DNA of 64,000 bases from a virus (lineage: Duplodnaviria; Caudoviricetes): IMG/VR virus record IMGVR_UViG_3300014205_005221, positions 122,051 to 186,050 of that record; one strand, written 5' to 3'. The translations under genes and the position numbers were made by a program. Positions 1-9,145 of the stretch are shown here, in pieces. Numbering within the stretch: position 1 is the first letter of the stretch; each line of letters starts with the position of its first letter. Under the pieces are notes generated by a model. It searched no databases and had not been told where the DNA came from. It was given only the letters and a program-made list of their open reading frames with translations.

Positions 1-126
1 ACCGACGCCGATGATGGCGACGTTGACCCACTCCACAGAGTCCACAACGTTGTCACCCGCAAGCGCCGCCACCAGAGCAGCGGCGATCGTGACAACCACC
101 TGCATGACGAGCTTTGCGTACTTCAT
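1..126 (-). CDS. Membrane protein, holin-like (runs off the window edge)
   Basis: Manual translation MKYAKLVMQVVVTIAAALVAALAGDNVVDSVEWVNVAIIGVG; GAGGAGG RBS; CGAAGAC motif upstream at 174-180. Confidence 0.6.
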   Translation of the reverse strand, partial: MKYAKLVMQVVVTIAAALVAALAGDNVVDSVEWVNVAIIGVG

Positions 127-192
127 GACAACCCTCCTCAGGAAGCGCAGCAGGAAAGCCGTGCTTCTCCGAGGTCTTCGACCTGGTGTCGG

Positions 193-375
193 TTAAACTC
201 CTCGACCCCGTACAAGTCCCAGGATCGCCAGAATGAACAGGACCACGGCGGCGATGTAGCCGATGATCATGACAATGGAGCCGCCCGGGGCAGGGATGTA
301 GGGCGGAACGAAGATGGCGATGAGCAGGCAGATGACTGCGCCGATGAGGCAGCCGATCCAATTTGTACGCACCAT
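193..375 (-). CDS. Small two-TM membrane protein
   Basis: Two hydrophobic helices; CGAAGAC 6 nt before ATG. Confidence 0.7.
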   Translation of the reverse strand: MVRTNWIGCLIGAVICLLIAIFVPPYIPAPGGSIVMIIGYIAAVVLFILAILGLVRGRGV

Positions 376-399
376 GTAAGTGTCTTCGACCTAGAACGC

Positions 400-429
400 A
401 AAAAAGGGACCGGATTCGTCCGGTCCCTT
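400..429 (-). terminator. Intrinsic terminator
   Basis: AAGGGACCGGA-CGAA-TCCGGTCCCTT followed by a T run on the minus strand. Confidence 0.8.
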
Positions 430-430
430 C

Positions 431-673
431 TCAGCTGGCCTCCGCATCCGGGACCAACCCCGTCGCCTGCCAGTGCGCCAACTGACCCTCGGTCCAGCCG
501 AGCCACACGTGCAGCGGCTCACCGATGGTCTTCTTACAACGACGCCATTCTCGTTCTAGAAGTCTGACTTCCTCCGCGTTCAACTGACGAACCGGATAAT
601 TCTTCTCATGAACGGAATTGAGTCTACGTGCTACTTCCTGCGGAGTTTCCGGGGGAAGAAAACTCATCCGCAC
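431..673 (-). CDS. Hypothetical protein
   Basis: ORF ending at the terminator, same strand as neighbours. Confidence 0.5.
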   Translation of the reverse strand: MRMSFLPPETPQEVARRLNSVHEKNYPVRQLNAEEVRLLEREWRRCKKTIGEPLHVWLGWTEGQLAHWQATGLVPDAEAS

Positions 674-756
674 TTACAAAAAAGGTAAGGACGTCCACAC
701 TTTGTGCAGTTACCGCGCTGAGGCGGACGGTAGAAATACCAGAACATGACTCTCCT

Positions 757-1011
757 TTAGTAGGGAGGATAGTAGCCACAATTCATACCAATGTTAAACA
801 TGCACTTACAGCAAAGATACCGCGTCAGTTCGTGAAAATGCCGAGGGCCTGATTGATCACCAATCTTGTGTGTAGCCGGGCCTCCGCACACGCAGATTTC
901 TTCTACCGCCGAGATCGAGATGGAATGGGGAGCGTAGTCCACATTGACCCGATCCGGTTCCGCCCACGGCTGGCCCAACGAAGCCAACAAATCATCCATC
1001 TCACCCGGCAC
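757..1011 (-). CDS. Hypothetical protein, Cys-rich (possible Zn finger)
   Basis: CVCG...YLCCKC; AAGGAG RBS. Confidence 0.55.
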   Translation of the reverse strand: MPGEMDDLLASLGQPWAEPDRVNVDYAPHSISISAVEEICVCGGPATHKIGDQSGPRHFHELTRYLCCKCMFNIGMNCGYYPPY

Positions 1012-1207
1012 GATGCGCTCCTTTAGTCTGTCCGACCATCAAGAGGCTGATGCACTTCCTGCCACTCGATGGATCCGTCAGGACTGACTTCGCCTTCAGA
1101 AACCGGACCACACTGACAGTCATTCACAGGATCAACATCATGCTCTACAAGATCGTCCAACGGCACGATATGCACCCCGTGGATGGGATCATCTACTCGC
1201 GCCCACA

Positions 1208-1585
1208 TCAGGACGGTCCCAGCAGAAGCGAGATCGCATCTCGAAGCTCCGGGCACCCGGTCATCTCAGAAGACGCGCTCAACTTCTTGCCGTCCGTGAC
1301 CTCGATACCCCGACCATACTTGCAGTCGCAGGTACGGTTCCCGAACGACCGGTACGCGCACACCTCCCGACGTACCGCCTCCAGCGACGCCGCCAGTTCC
1401 ACGCGCCTATCGTATTCCGGCGCGAGCACATGCTGGGCCATCAACGGAGCCCATTCGGGATGTCCAGCACGCTGCATCTCGTAGAGAGCGACGTTCAGCG
1501 CCCGCTTCGCGTCATCGACCTCAACGTTGGTCTTCAGATAGACCCGCTGCAGGTTGGCCCGCGCTTCCTCAACCGACATCGACAT
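1208..1585 (-). CDS. Hypothetical protein
   Basis: Tightly packed minus-strand ORF with GGAGG RBS. Confidence 0.55.
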   Translation of the reverse strand: MSMSVEEARANLQRVYLKTNVEVDDAKRALNVALYEMQRAGHPEWAPLMAQHVLAPEYDRRVELAASLEAVRREVCAYRSFGNRTCDCKYGRGIEVTDGKKLSASSEMTGCPELRDAISLLLGPS

Positions 1586-1949
1586 TCGAATCCTCCCAAC
1601 CCGGAGACATGCACGTCGTCCACGACGCCTTGGTCAACGACCCGTCCTTAGAACGCCGGACCAGAGAATCCCGGCCGTTCCACGTCACGCACGGCTCGAC
1701 TACCACGCACCGATCACCAGAGCAGATGGTCACCACCTCGTTGCGCACCGGCATCCAGTACTCAGACTCGACGTCGCCCCGATGCAGCAACCACTGCAGG
1801 CGCCACCAGTACTCCAACAGCGGGAGAACGATGCCTCGGCGCCAGAACAGATACACCAGCATGAACGGAACGCGAACGGCCCAGAACCGCGTCGACACCG
1901 AGCCGTCCGTAGGCTTCTTGATGTACAAACGAATCGTCGAAAGTTCCAT
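1569..1949 (-). CDS. Hypothetical protein
   Basis: Start overlaps the stop of the upstream DUF397 gene. Confidence 0.5.
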   Translation of the reverse strand: MELSTIRLYIKKPTDGSVSTRFWAVRVPFMLVYLFWRRGIVLPLLEYWWRLQWLLHRGDVESEYWMPVRNEVVTICSGDRCVVVEPCVTWNGRDSLVRRSKDGSLTKASWTTCMSPGWEDSNVDVG

Positions 1950-2146
1950 CAGATGACCGGATCAAACTCTTCCGGATCGAACTCACCCAGCTTCACGCCA
2001 CGAATGAATGCGCTCCACTCGCTCCGGGTAAATCGCAACTTCGGGCCGTCCGACTCCTTGGTGTCGCTGATGAGGAACACAGCGTCCTCGCGCGAGAACT
2101 CGACGTCGACACAGTCACCGGACGGGTTCGAAAAGGACGACTTCAC
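1949..2146 (-). CDS. DUF397 family protein
   Basis: KSSFS...CVDV...ISDTK..GPKLRFTRSEWSAFIRGVKLGEFD signature; GTG start inferred from GTGA overlap with the upstream stop. Confidence 0.85.
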   Translation of the reverse strand: MKSSFSNPSGDCVDVEFSREDAVFLISDTKESDGPKLRFTRSEWSAFIRGVKLGEFDPEEFDPVI

Positions 2147-2355
2147 GGCTTGGTGCGCTCCTTCCATGCCTTCTTGAACAGATCCCAGTTCACCCGCTGC
2201 CGATCGATCCATGGCGCCGCGTCCCAGGCGTCCACGATCTGCTCGTACAACTCTTCACACGAGTTCAGATCTTCAGCTCGCTCTGCGGCGTCGTACTTCT
2301 CATTCAACTCCAGCCACTCCTGCAGAGACGGCGGGACTGCCAAATCAGCGCTCAT
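2143..2355 (-). CDS. Hypothetical protein
   Basis: GGGTAG-N9-ATG motif. Confidence 0.65.
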   Translation of the reverse strand: MSADLAVPPSLQEWLELNEKYDAAERAEDLNSCEELYEQIVDAWDAAPWIDRQRVNWDLFKKAWKERTKP

Positions 2356-2364
2356 GCAGGTGTT

Positions 2365-2571
2365 CTACCCGCTAGTGAGCTGCCAGAGCCCCCACAAAGA
2401 CAGGCCAAAGGCCACCACCGTGATCACCGGCAGCAAAACCCACGCCCACTGCCCCGCCTCATCCGAGATGCAGAACAGAATCACCCACAACATCCACACG
2501 AGGAACGCCGCAGCGACCGCACCAAAAAAGACTCCGAGCAACTCCAAAAACGGAGGAAGCGTGATCGTCAC
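2365..2571 (-). CDS. Small two-TM membrane protein
   Basis: Hydrophobic; stop TAG lies within the GGGTAG motif. Confidence 0.65.
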   Translation of the reverse strand: MTITLPPFLELLGVFFGAVAAAFLVWMLWVILFCISDEAGQWAWVLLPVITVVAFGLSLWGLWQLTSG

Positions 2572-3230
2572 GTCCGGATCACCACGGTATTGCGCACCTC
2601 AACACTGTTAGTGCGGCCACGTTGCGCGCGAGAATCCGCCTTGACCGACGACGACTGTGTCTGAGTCTCCGAAGGGAAACGACCGGACAGCAGATCCATC
2701 ATTTTCTCGACATTGTTCTCAACAATGTGAGTGTAATCCACACCATCCAAAACCAGCAGAATGGCAAGCTTGCCGTCACGAAGTGCGTAGATCAGCTCTA
2801 CAGAGTCGGTGAACAGACTCAGAGCCCAATAGCCGCGCTCGTGACCCACTTCAAGAGACTCGCCAAACCCGGCCGACAGATGCTCATACGCCTTCTGAAT
2901 GAGCTTGGGGGCATCTTCGATATTTGCGCCAGTCGGAAAGTCGCGAGGAAGACTTTGACGGTAAGTAGGGTCGCGCCACAACTTACCGAAATCGTCATCC
3001 AGCCACACAGTAGGACGCTGCTTACCATCAACAGACAGCTTCACGTTCTTGAGGAACGTGCGTCCGCTCGGACTGACCTTGAAAAACGCCTCGTTGCGGA
3101 CCCGGCCGTTATTGGCGATCAGCGTCCAGCCGCGCGTCACCTTAATGACCTCGGGGACCTCCCCCGTCTGTGCAACAACACGTTCGATGTATTCCTGCAC
3201 AGACGGGGGATAGATCGAAACATCAGCCAC
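2568..3230 (-). CDS. Hypothetical protein
   Basis: 220-aa ORF coupled to both neighbours. Confidence 0.7.
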   Translation of the reverse strand: MADVSIYPPSVQEYIERVVAQTGEVPEVIKVTRGWTLIANNGRVRNEAFFKVSPSGRTFLKNVKLSVDGKQRPTVWLDDDFGKLWRDPTYRQSLPRDFPTGANIEDAPKLIQKAYEHLSAGFGESLEVGHERGYWALSLFTDSVELIYALRDGKLAILLVLDGVDYTHIVENNVEKMMDLLSGRFPSETQTQSSSVKADSRAQRGRTNSVEVRNTVVIRT

Positions 3231-4043
3231 TCAGCACCAGCCCCAGTACTTCTTCAGCGTGTCGATGACCCACGCATCGATCTTCTGGTAGTCCGGCTTC
3301 TCCGGGAGCGGACCGGCACCGGACTTCATCAGATCAAAGATCTCCGCTTCCAGCGCTTCCGCGCGACCCAGAGCTTCCTGCTTGGTGTACTTACCCACAC
3401 GAAGGTCCCGGATCCAGGTGAGATCCGGTTCCGGGATCGGAAGCGTGATCGAACCGGTCTTGAGCAGCTCCACGCCCTGCACGCCGAGACGCACCATGTG
3501 CCCCGCGAACTTCGTATCGAAACCGTACTGCTCCCTGATATCCGCACGGCCCTGGTTGCGAGTACCGCCCGAGCGCAGGCCCAGCAGACCCTCACGCTGC
3601 GAACGCAGATATCCCGCGTACTTGAACCCGTTGCTCCGCGAAAGAAAAAGATGCCGGTTCTCTCGCAGCGAGCGGCCCCACTGATTTGCAAACAGCACAT
3701 GCTCCTGGGGGACAAACAGCGGAAGCTGCATTGTCGGATTCCCCTGTGCCACCAGATCGACATAATGCCGAAGATTGTAAGCAACAAAGTCCAGGTCACC
3801 CGGACCGGAGCACACACCCTCGGGCTTGGTGCGCCAGGTGTACGTCTTGGTGTTCACCGACCCCAGAACCTGACGAGGGTGCTCCAGCCACACACCCATC
3901 TCATCGCGGTCGTCGGTTCCCTCGATCGACGTGCCATGCACACCCGAGCCCGCCAGCACGCGCAGGATCATGCCCTCGCGTGCGACCTTCTGGCGCGGGC
4001 TGTCCGGAAGGATCGGAATAACTTCGTTGAATTTAGCGCTCAC
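3231..4043 (-). CDS. Predicted nucleotidyltransferase (Pol-beta superfamily, RlaP/Nuc-transf-like)
   Basis: GSxxHG...DxDxMGV motif, GNP, and YGFDTKFAGHMVRL...G.ELL.TG helical C-terminus. Confidence 0.85.
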   Translation of the reverse strand: MSAKFNEVIPILPDSPRQKVAREGMILRVLAGSGVHGTSIEGTDDRDEMGVWLEHPRQVLGSVNTKTYTWRTKPEGVCSGPGDLDFVAYNLRHYVDLVAQGNPTMQLPLFVPQEHVLFANQWGRSLRENRHLFLSRSNGFKYAGYLRSQREGLLGLRSGGTRNQGRADIREQYGFDTKFAGHMVRLGVQGVELLKTGSITLPIPEPDLTWIRDLRVGKYTKQEALGRAEALEAEIFDLMKSGAGPLPEKPDYQKIDAWVIDTLKKYWGWC

Positions 4044-4056
4044 GTAAATCTTCTAC

Positions 4057-4521
4057 TCATTCCTTAGGAGGATCGCAGAACTCCGGAGGCGGGTCCGTCA
4101 CCCACGCCGGAGTGATATCCCGGTCCTCGAACTGAGGATTGCGCGTCCACACGCCGCCGGGCTTACGCTCCCACGCCTGCTCGATGTAGCACCCGACCGA
4201 CGACATCGACTCGCCCGCACCACGACACTCATGCCACGGCGGATCACCGTAGCGGAAGTTCTCCGTCAGGTAATCGAGGTTCCACTCCGGCGGAAGCTCA
4301 TCGCCTTCACGGAAGCTCCGGTACCGGTCATAGCGTGTCCAGCCCTCACCGACCGACATGCGCAGAGCACACGCCTGACACTCGATGCGAGCCAGCACGG
4401 CCCACGTGTCGTAGACGCCCAGCATCCGAGGATGGAAAGCCGCGTAACGCGGAACCCCGTAGCCATCGTGCCACAACGGGGTTCCGGCAATCTCGCGAAT
4501 ATCCTGATAGTCAGGAAGCAT
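4057..4521 (-). CDS. Hypothetical protein
   Basis: GGGTAG-N9-ATG; CQAC motif. Confidence 0.7.
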   Translation of the reverse strand: MLPDYQDIREIAGTPLWHDGYGVPRYAAFHPRMLGVYDTWAVLARIECQACALRMSVGEGWTRYDRYRSFREGDELPPEWNLDYLTENFRYGDPPWHECRGAGESMSSVGCYIEQAWERKPGGVWTRNPQFEDRDITPAWVTDPPPEFCDPPKE

Positions 4522-4530
4522 GTCAGAGTC

Positions 4531-4971
4531 CTACCCCGGGAGAAGACGCCTTGAGAACAAGTCCTTCAGCTCAAGGCGCGCCTGCGCTTTCCACTGCTCC
4601 TCGGTGCACGGGGAATACTCACCCCACACCTTCTGACCGAGCAGCCGACAATCGTAGTCCGCCTCGGTGGGATCGTTGTCGATCGAATAGCCCTCCCGCT
4701 CCTGATAGCTCGGAGCGGGATCCCGGAACGGGCAGTCAGGACAGAACGAACCCGGACCGTAGTCCGGGGACATCGTCGAACCGTTGAGCAGCCACTGCAA
4801 AGCCGGATAGAAATGCTCGTCAGCAGAGTCCGCCATCTCAGCGAGAGTATCGCCGTAGAGAGACAGCGTGCACTCAGAGCACGACAGTCCCCAAAACACC
4901 TGACCGGTGTAACGGCGGTAGGAACGCAGCTTCGAGCGGTGCACCAACGGCATCGCCCCGCGCTCAGACAT
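4531..4971 (-). CDS. Hypothetical Cys-rich protein
   Basis: CSEC and CPDC motifs; stop inside GGGTAG. Confidence 0.6.
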   Translation of the reverse strand: MSERGAMPLVHRSKLRSYRRYTGQVFWGLSCSECTLSLYGDTLAEMADSADEHFYPALQWLLNGSTMSPDYGPGSFCPDCPFRDPAPSYQEREGYSIDNDPTEADYDCRLLGQKVWGEYSPCTEEQWKAQARLELKDLFSRRLLPG

Positions 4972-5166
4972 CAGAAAGTCCCGGAACCTTTACGCCCCAG
5001 CACCTAGCTACCTTGCGAAGCACCGTCGTCGCATAAATGACGGACTCCTGCGTGTTGTACCCCGCCTGCGAGTAAATACGAATCAGATGATGAACTGCCT
5101 CGTGGAGAGCGTCTTCATCCACCGAAACCGGCAGACACACCATGACATCCTCGACGTTCTCCACGA

Positions 5167-5370
5167 CTACACCTCCGGAGGGAACGCCACGTCCCAACAC
5201 GACGGGCAGATACCTGACATCAGCTGCTCACGACGGTCCACACTCAGATCACTCAGAGCTTCCTGAATATGTGCACCGTGCTTCCACCGGTTGTACCCGA
5301 TCTGATCGACCTCGAACTCGTCGACCTTGTGACACGTCGGGCACTCGGAACTTACCAACAATACGGACAT
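5167..5370 (-). CDS. Small Zn-finger protein
   Basis: CPTC...IQEALSDLS.DRREQLMSGICPSCW. Confidence 0.7.
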   Translation of the reverse strand: MSVLLVSSECPTCHKVDEFEVDQIGYNRWKHGAHIQEALSDLSVDRREQLMSGICPSCWDVAFPPEV

Positions 5371-5371
5371 G

Positions 5372-5701
5372 TCACTTACCCACCGGACGCTTGCCTCCGC
5401 AAAACTGATCCCACTCGGTCATCCGCAGCAGCGGCGTCGCGCCACCACCGCTGTCGCTACGGCCCGACGACGGCGTGGCGAAACCCAGGCCATCGACACA
5501 CACCTTGGCGATGTTCGGGTACAGGTCTGCGTTGCGATACACCTCGATGTAGTCCACGTCGCTAACCACATCGACCGGAGAGCCCTCGTGGCCGCCCCGG
5601 TCACCGAGCTGCTCCGCACACCCGGTCAGCAGCGCGAGCGACAGCCCAGCGCCGACCAGAACACCCACAACACGCTTAGTCCTCACGGGGATCCCTTTCA
5701 C
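5372..5701 (-). CDS. Lipoprotein
   Basis: Signal peptide with LTGC lipobox; CGGTAG-N9-GTG. Confidence 0.75.
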   Translation of the reverse strand: MKGIPVRTKRVVGVLVGAGLSLALLTGCAEQLGDRGGHEGSPVDVVSDVDYIEVYRNADLYPNIAKVCVDGLGFATPSSGRSDSGGGATPLLRMTEWDQFCGGKRPVGK

Positions 5702-5710
5702 AACGAAGTT

Positions 5711-5866
5711 CTACCGGGGACGACGCTTCTTGCGGTCGACCACAACAGGCTTAGCAATGCTCAAAATATGCTCAGAAAACTCGCACCCGGGACGGGCGCA
5801 GTACCGCATGCTGCGCTGGGTCAGAAACTTGCCGTGACCACACTCAGGGCATTTCCATGCGCTCAC
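5711..5866 (-). CDS. Small Zn-ribbon protein
   Basis: MSAWKCPECGHG...CARPGC; GAGGAG RBS. Confidence 0.55.
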   Translation of the reverse strand: MSAWKCPECGHGKFLTQRSMRYCARPGCEFSEHILSIAKPVVVDRKKRRPR

Positions 5867-5876
5867 GGCACACTCC

Positions 5877-6380
5877 TCAGCGGTCGCCTTCGAGCAGCCG
5901 CTCGAACGCCTCGACGTTGCCCTTCGCATCGTTGACCGGGTTATGGTCATGCGGGGTCCGACGGTACTTCTTCCATCCCTGCGTGTTCGGGAAGTTGTCC
6001 TTGAGCCCGGCGTAGTAGTCCGAGATCCGACGGCCCGAGTGCCCGAACGGGTTGTCCCGATCAGCACGGTCGAACATGCCCGCGATCCACATGAAGTCGT
6101 AGGCAGGGTTGTCCGACACCAGCACCGCACGCGAACCCTCGGGAAGCACGTTCAGCAGCCACAAGCCGAGATCGATCGACACCTCCTCGTCGGAGGCGAC
6201 GCGCTCACCCACCACGGGAATCGCCGGATTCTCCGGATCCGGGTACGACTCGAACAGCCGACCGTGGAAAGTCTCTCGCGAGGTGAAGTGCACACACCCG
6301 AACTCGGTCAGCGTGCCGTTCACCGGAGACCGGCCCCGCGCTTCGCAGTCTACGAAAATCAGCTTGTCCAGGTATGCCAT
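5877..6380 (-). CDS. DEDDh 3'-5' exo(ribo)nuclease
   Basis: FVDCE...AYDF...HNPVNDA motifs. Confidence 0.85.
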   Translation of the reverse strand: MAYLDKLIFVDCEARGRSPVNGTLTEFGCVHFTSRETFHGRLFESYPDPENPAIPVVGERVASDEEVSIDLGLWLLNVLPEGSRAVLVSDNPAYDFMWIAGMFDRADRDNPFGHSGRRISDYYAGLKDNFPNTQGWKKYRRTPHDHNPVNDAKGNVEAFERLLEGDR

Positions 6381-6396
6381 GTCAGTGTTCTACCCG

Positions 6397-6669
6397 TCAG
6401 AAAAGAACTTTGATGATCCGGGCCAGACACACACCCGGAGGCGGCGAGGGGTTCAGCACGACCACGCGGGCCTCAGACGGGTTGTGCCGGAACGAATTCG
6501 CGGGCACCAGCACCCAATTGCCCACTCGCGTCGACGTGGGCGCCAGGTAGGTGTAAACCCGGCCCAGCGGGTCGAACTGCACACCGACGGTGAAGTCTTC
6601 CTCCGCCGACGCCATGAACGACACGATCTCCGTATCAGAGATCGTCAGCTCTTCAACGTTGGTAACCAT
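6397..6669 (-). CDS. Hypothetical protein
   Basis: GGGTAG-N9-ATG; YTYLAP...VGNWVLVP. Confidence 0.65.
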   Translation of the reverse strand: MVTNVEELTISDTEIVSFMASAEEDFTVGVQFDPLGRVYTYLAPTSTRVGNWVLVPANSFRHNPSEARVVVLNPSPPPGVCLARIIKVLF

Positions 6670-6686
6670 GTAGGTGTCCTACCCGG

Positions 6687-6920
6687 TCAGTACGCAGTGC
6701 CCTGGATGTCCAGCCGATGGTCCTCCAGCAGCCGCACACGCTCGCGGAACGAATCGATCGCCGCCTCCACGGTCAGCTCCACCTCGTCAGCGACCAGGGC
6801 GTCCGCAATCTCCTGCAGCTCCCAGCACTCGACGATGATGTCCCACCCATCCTCGTGGTAGCGATGCTCGGCGTAGGCGTAGACAAACTTCGCCAGCTCC
6901 ATGGGGGTGTGCTCAGCCAC
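6687..6920 (-). CDS. Hypothetical protein
   Basis: Packed ORF with GAGG RBS. Confidence 0.6.
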   Translation of the reverse strand: MAEHTPMELAKFVYAYAEHRYHEDGWDIIVECWELQEIADALVADEVELTVEAAIDSFRERVRLLEDHRLDIQGTAY

Positions 6921-7167
6921 GATTCCTCTTCACCCTGTGCGAATCCAACATTTCGCGGTGCTGCTCAGTCCACCAAGCGCGGAACTCACGTGACACCCGC
7001 AGAGTCTCGCCGGTAAAGGCGAAATACCTAGCCTGCTCCCACGTCGGAAAAGCCCAGCCCCGAGACGAACCAACCGGCCGCACGTGCCAAGGCCACGCAG
7101 CCGCCTCCGGAGTGCCGTAACCCTTCTGACCCGGGCGAATCTTGAAAACCTCACACCGCCTAGTCAC
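6913..7167 (-). CDS. Hypothetical protein
   Basis: Packed, overlapping minus-strand ORF. Confidence 0.5.
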   Translation of the reverse strand: MTRRCEVFKIRPGQKGYGTPEAAAWPWHVRPVGSSRGWAFPTWEQARYFAFTGETLRVSREFRAWWTEQHREMLDSHRVKRNRG

Positions 7168-7636
7168 GACGATCCACCTTGTACGTGAAACGCTGCGTCG
7201 TACGGAAATACGCCACAGCCTTCATCATCTCCAGCGCCTGATCCAGATCAACGTGAGCACCCTCCCAGAACGGAGTGCCCATCTGCTCCAGGAGCATCTC
7301 GTCCTCCCCCTCGGGCAGCGGCCACACCCGGAACCGGCCCTCGCGGTCCACGAGCATCATTGCCGCCGCAGGAACAGGAAACGACTGCTCCGCCATCACG
7401 CACTCTCCCGAGAGGTGCGCACCAGATCCCGCGTCGCCAACTTGCCCACGCCCAGCGCCAGCAACAGCCCACCCAGAAACACCGAAACCACCCAGAACGT
7501 CAGCCCGAAGTCCAGCAACGCCCCCGATGAGCGCCACCGCGAACAGCCCCACCCGGATCACCAGACGCAGCACCAGCGTGACCAGCTCATCGAGCGAACG
7601 CAGCAGCGCCTCTTCGCCACTCACCTCAGGCATCAT
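7160..7636 (-). CDS. Hypothetical protein (start uncertain)
   Basis: ATGA overlap with the upstream ORF; N-terminal hydrophobic stretch. Confidence 0.45.
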   Translation of the reverse strand: MMPEVSGEEALLRSLDELVTLVLRLVIRVGLFAVALIGGVAGLRADVLGGFGVSGWAVAGAGRGQVGDAGSGAHLSGECVMAEQSFPVPAAAMMLVDREGRFRVWPLPEGEDEMLLEQMGTPFWEGAHVDLDQALEMMKAVAYFRTTQRFTYKVDRRD

Positions 7637-7839
7637 GCACTCCCGAACTGGAACGAAATGAAGCACTCGTCCTCACCGGGAATGAATCCCAGCTCATCGA
7701 GCCGAGCCAACTCCTCAGAAGAGAACAGGCCCGGATCCACGCACACGGTCAGCACGTCATGCTCGCAATGCGTAGGCGACGAAGGGTTAGCGCGCGTACG
7801 CATCAGCAGCAGGATCCCAAGAAGCGCAAGATCGATCAT
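7633..7839 (-). CDS. Hypothetical protein
   Basis: PTHCEHDVLTV...LDELGF. Confidence 0.6.
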   Translation of the reverse strand: MIDLALLGILLLMRTRANPSSPTHCEHDVLTVCVDPGLFSSEELARLDELGFIPGEDECFISFQFGSA

Positions 7840-7845
7840 CCATCA

Positions 7846-8061
7846 CTACACCCCAAAGATCATGGTCGTCGCCGGAACACCGGTCAGACCCGTCACGACC
7901 AGCGCAACCGCGACCGAGCCGATCAACAGCAGCCCGACCGCAGGAAGACACCCGATCTCGCCACCGGAGTCGCGGCGGGCCAGCAGGAAAATCACCGCCA
8001 CTTCGGCCAGCGCGAGCACTACACCGCAGATCAGCGCGGTCAACTGGATAGCAGGACTCAT
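7846..8061 (-). CDS. Small membrane protein
   Basis: Two hydrophobic helices; GGGTAG-N9-ATG. Confidence 0.65.
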   Translation of the reverse strand: MSPAIQLTALICGVVLALAEVAVIFLLARRDSGGEIGCLPAVGLLLIGSVAVALVVTGLTGVPATTMIFGV

Positions 8062-8070
8062 GTAGCACTC

Positions 8071-8229
8071 CTACCCGAGCAACTTGATCAGTCCCTGCTC
8101 AATCAACTCATCGAGCAGTGCATCCGCAGACTGCAGGCGCAGATCCGCAGTCAGGTAATCCGGCGGGAAGTAGCTCTCGATCAACGCCACCGCGCATTCA
8201 CGAACCGTAAAACCCGAGTAATCAGACAT
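8071..8229 (-). CDS. Hypothetical 52-aa protein (not in the ORF track)
   Basis: GGGTAG-N9-ATG; MSDYSGFTVREC...IKLLG, stop inside the next GGGTAG. Confidence 0.6.
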   Translation of the reverse strand: MSDYSGFTVRECAVALIESYFPPDYLTADLRLQSADALLDELIEQGLIKLLG

Positions 8230-8406
8230 GTCGGTGTCCTACCCGGTAAAGGTCGGGAACGGCCTGATGGAACCCGCGCCACTTCCGGCACCGCGCCGGG
8301 AGATGCTCCACCCAGATACCCGGACCAAAAAACTCCCAAAGAACTCCATCCAGCACGAACACCAGACGGGTGCAGTTCTCGCACGGATCGCAATCATCGA
8401 AGTTGC

Positions 8407-8607
8407 TCACTTGCCGAACACCTTTCGATACAACCGCGCCGCCATGTCAGAGACATTGACGTAAATCAACGCCTGGGCGTAGTCGGTATTCTGCGACGCC
8501 GGGCGGGTGAGCAGATCCTCCGGGATGGGCTGATCCGACAGCTCCTGCGCGTACACCTCGTGGATGTCAGACTCATCGACCAGCTGCAGCAGCCACTTGT
8601 ATCCCAT
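8407..8607 (-). CDS. Hypothetical protein
   Basis: GGGTAG-N9-ATG. Confidence 0.6.
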   Translation of the reverse strand: MGYKWLLQLVDESDIHEVYAQELSDQPIPEDLLTRPASQNTDYAQALIYVNVSDMAARLYRKVFGK

Positions 8608-8616
8608 GTCAGGGTT

Positions 8617-8799
8617 CTACCCCTCCGACGCCTCTTCCCACTCTGCGTAGGAATCGAACAGCGACGGACCCTCACCCGGGAAATCCAGGCCGATGACCGG
8701 ACCCTCCACCGAACCATCCGGGCGGATGATGCGCACAATCGTGTACCAGCGATGCACGTCGAACTCGACACGGTCAATCGGACCCTCAATAATCTTCAT
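8617..8799 (-). CDS. Hypothetical protein
   Basis: GGGTAG-N9-ATG; stop inside the next motif. Confidence 0.6.
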   Translation of the reverse strand: MKIIEGPIDRVEFDVHRWYTIVRIIRPDGSVEGPVIGLDFPGEGPSLFDSYAEWEEASEG

Positions 8800-8800
8800 G

Positions 8801-9136
8801 TCAGAGTTCTACCCTAGAGGTGTAGCGATACGCCTGACGCATACGAACTTCCACATTCAGTCGAATGTCAATACGCTGCTGCATAGACGGATAAGAATAC
8901 TTACCGCTCATGCCTCTAAAAGTAGTCATCGCAACAGACTGCACCGGAGAGGGGCCCGGAGTAGCGGCCTCCAAATAATTTCCCTTGCGGCTCACGACAG
9001 CGTCGAGCTTCTTACTCCTAGTGACGGCCCAGTCCAAGGCGTCCGCAGCCTCATCAACGCTGACCTGCCACAACACCGCAGCCGCGACCAGTAGGTCACA
9101 GGTGCGGGCAACACGCTCATCTCCCCAACGAGTCAT
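8801..9136 (-). CDS. Hypothetical protein
   Basis: GGGTAG-N9-ATG. Confidence 0.55.
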   Translation of the reverse strand: MTRWGDERVARTCDLLVAAAVLWQVSVDEAADALDWAVTRSKKLDAVVSRKGNYLEAATPGPSPVQSVAMTTFRGMSGKYSYPSMQQRIDIRLNVEVRMRQAYRYTSRVEL

Positions 9137-9145
9137 GTCAGGGTC

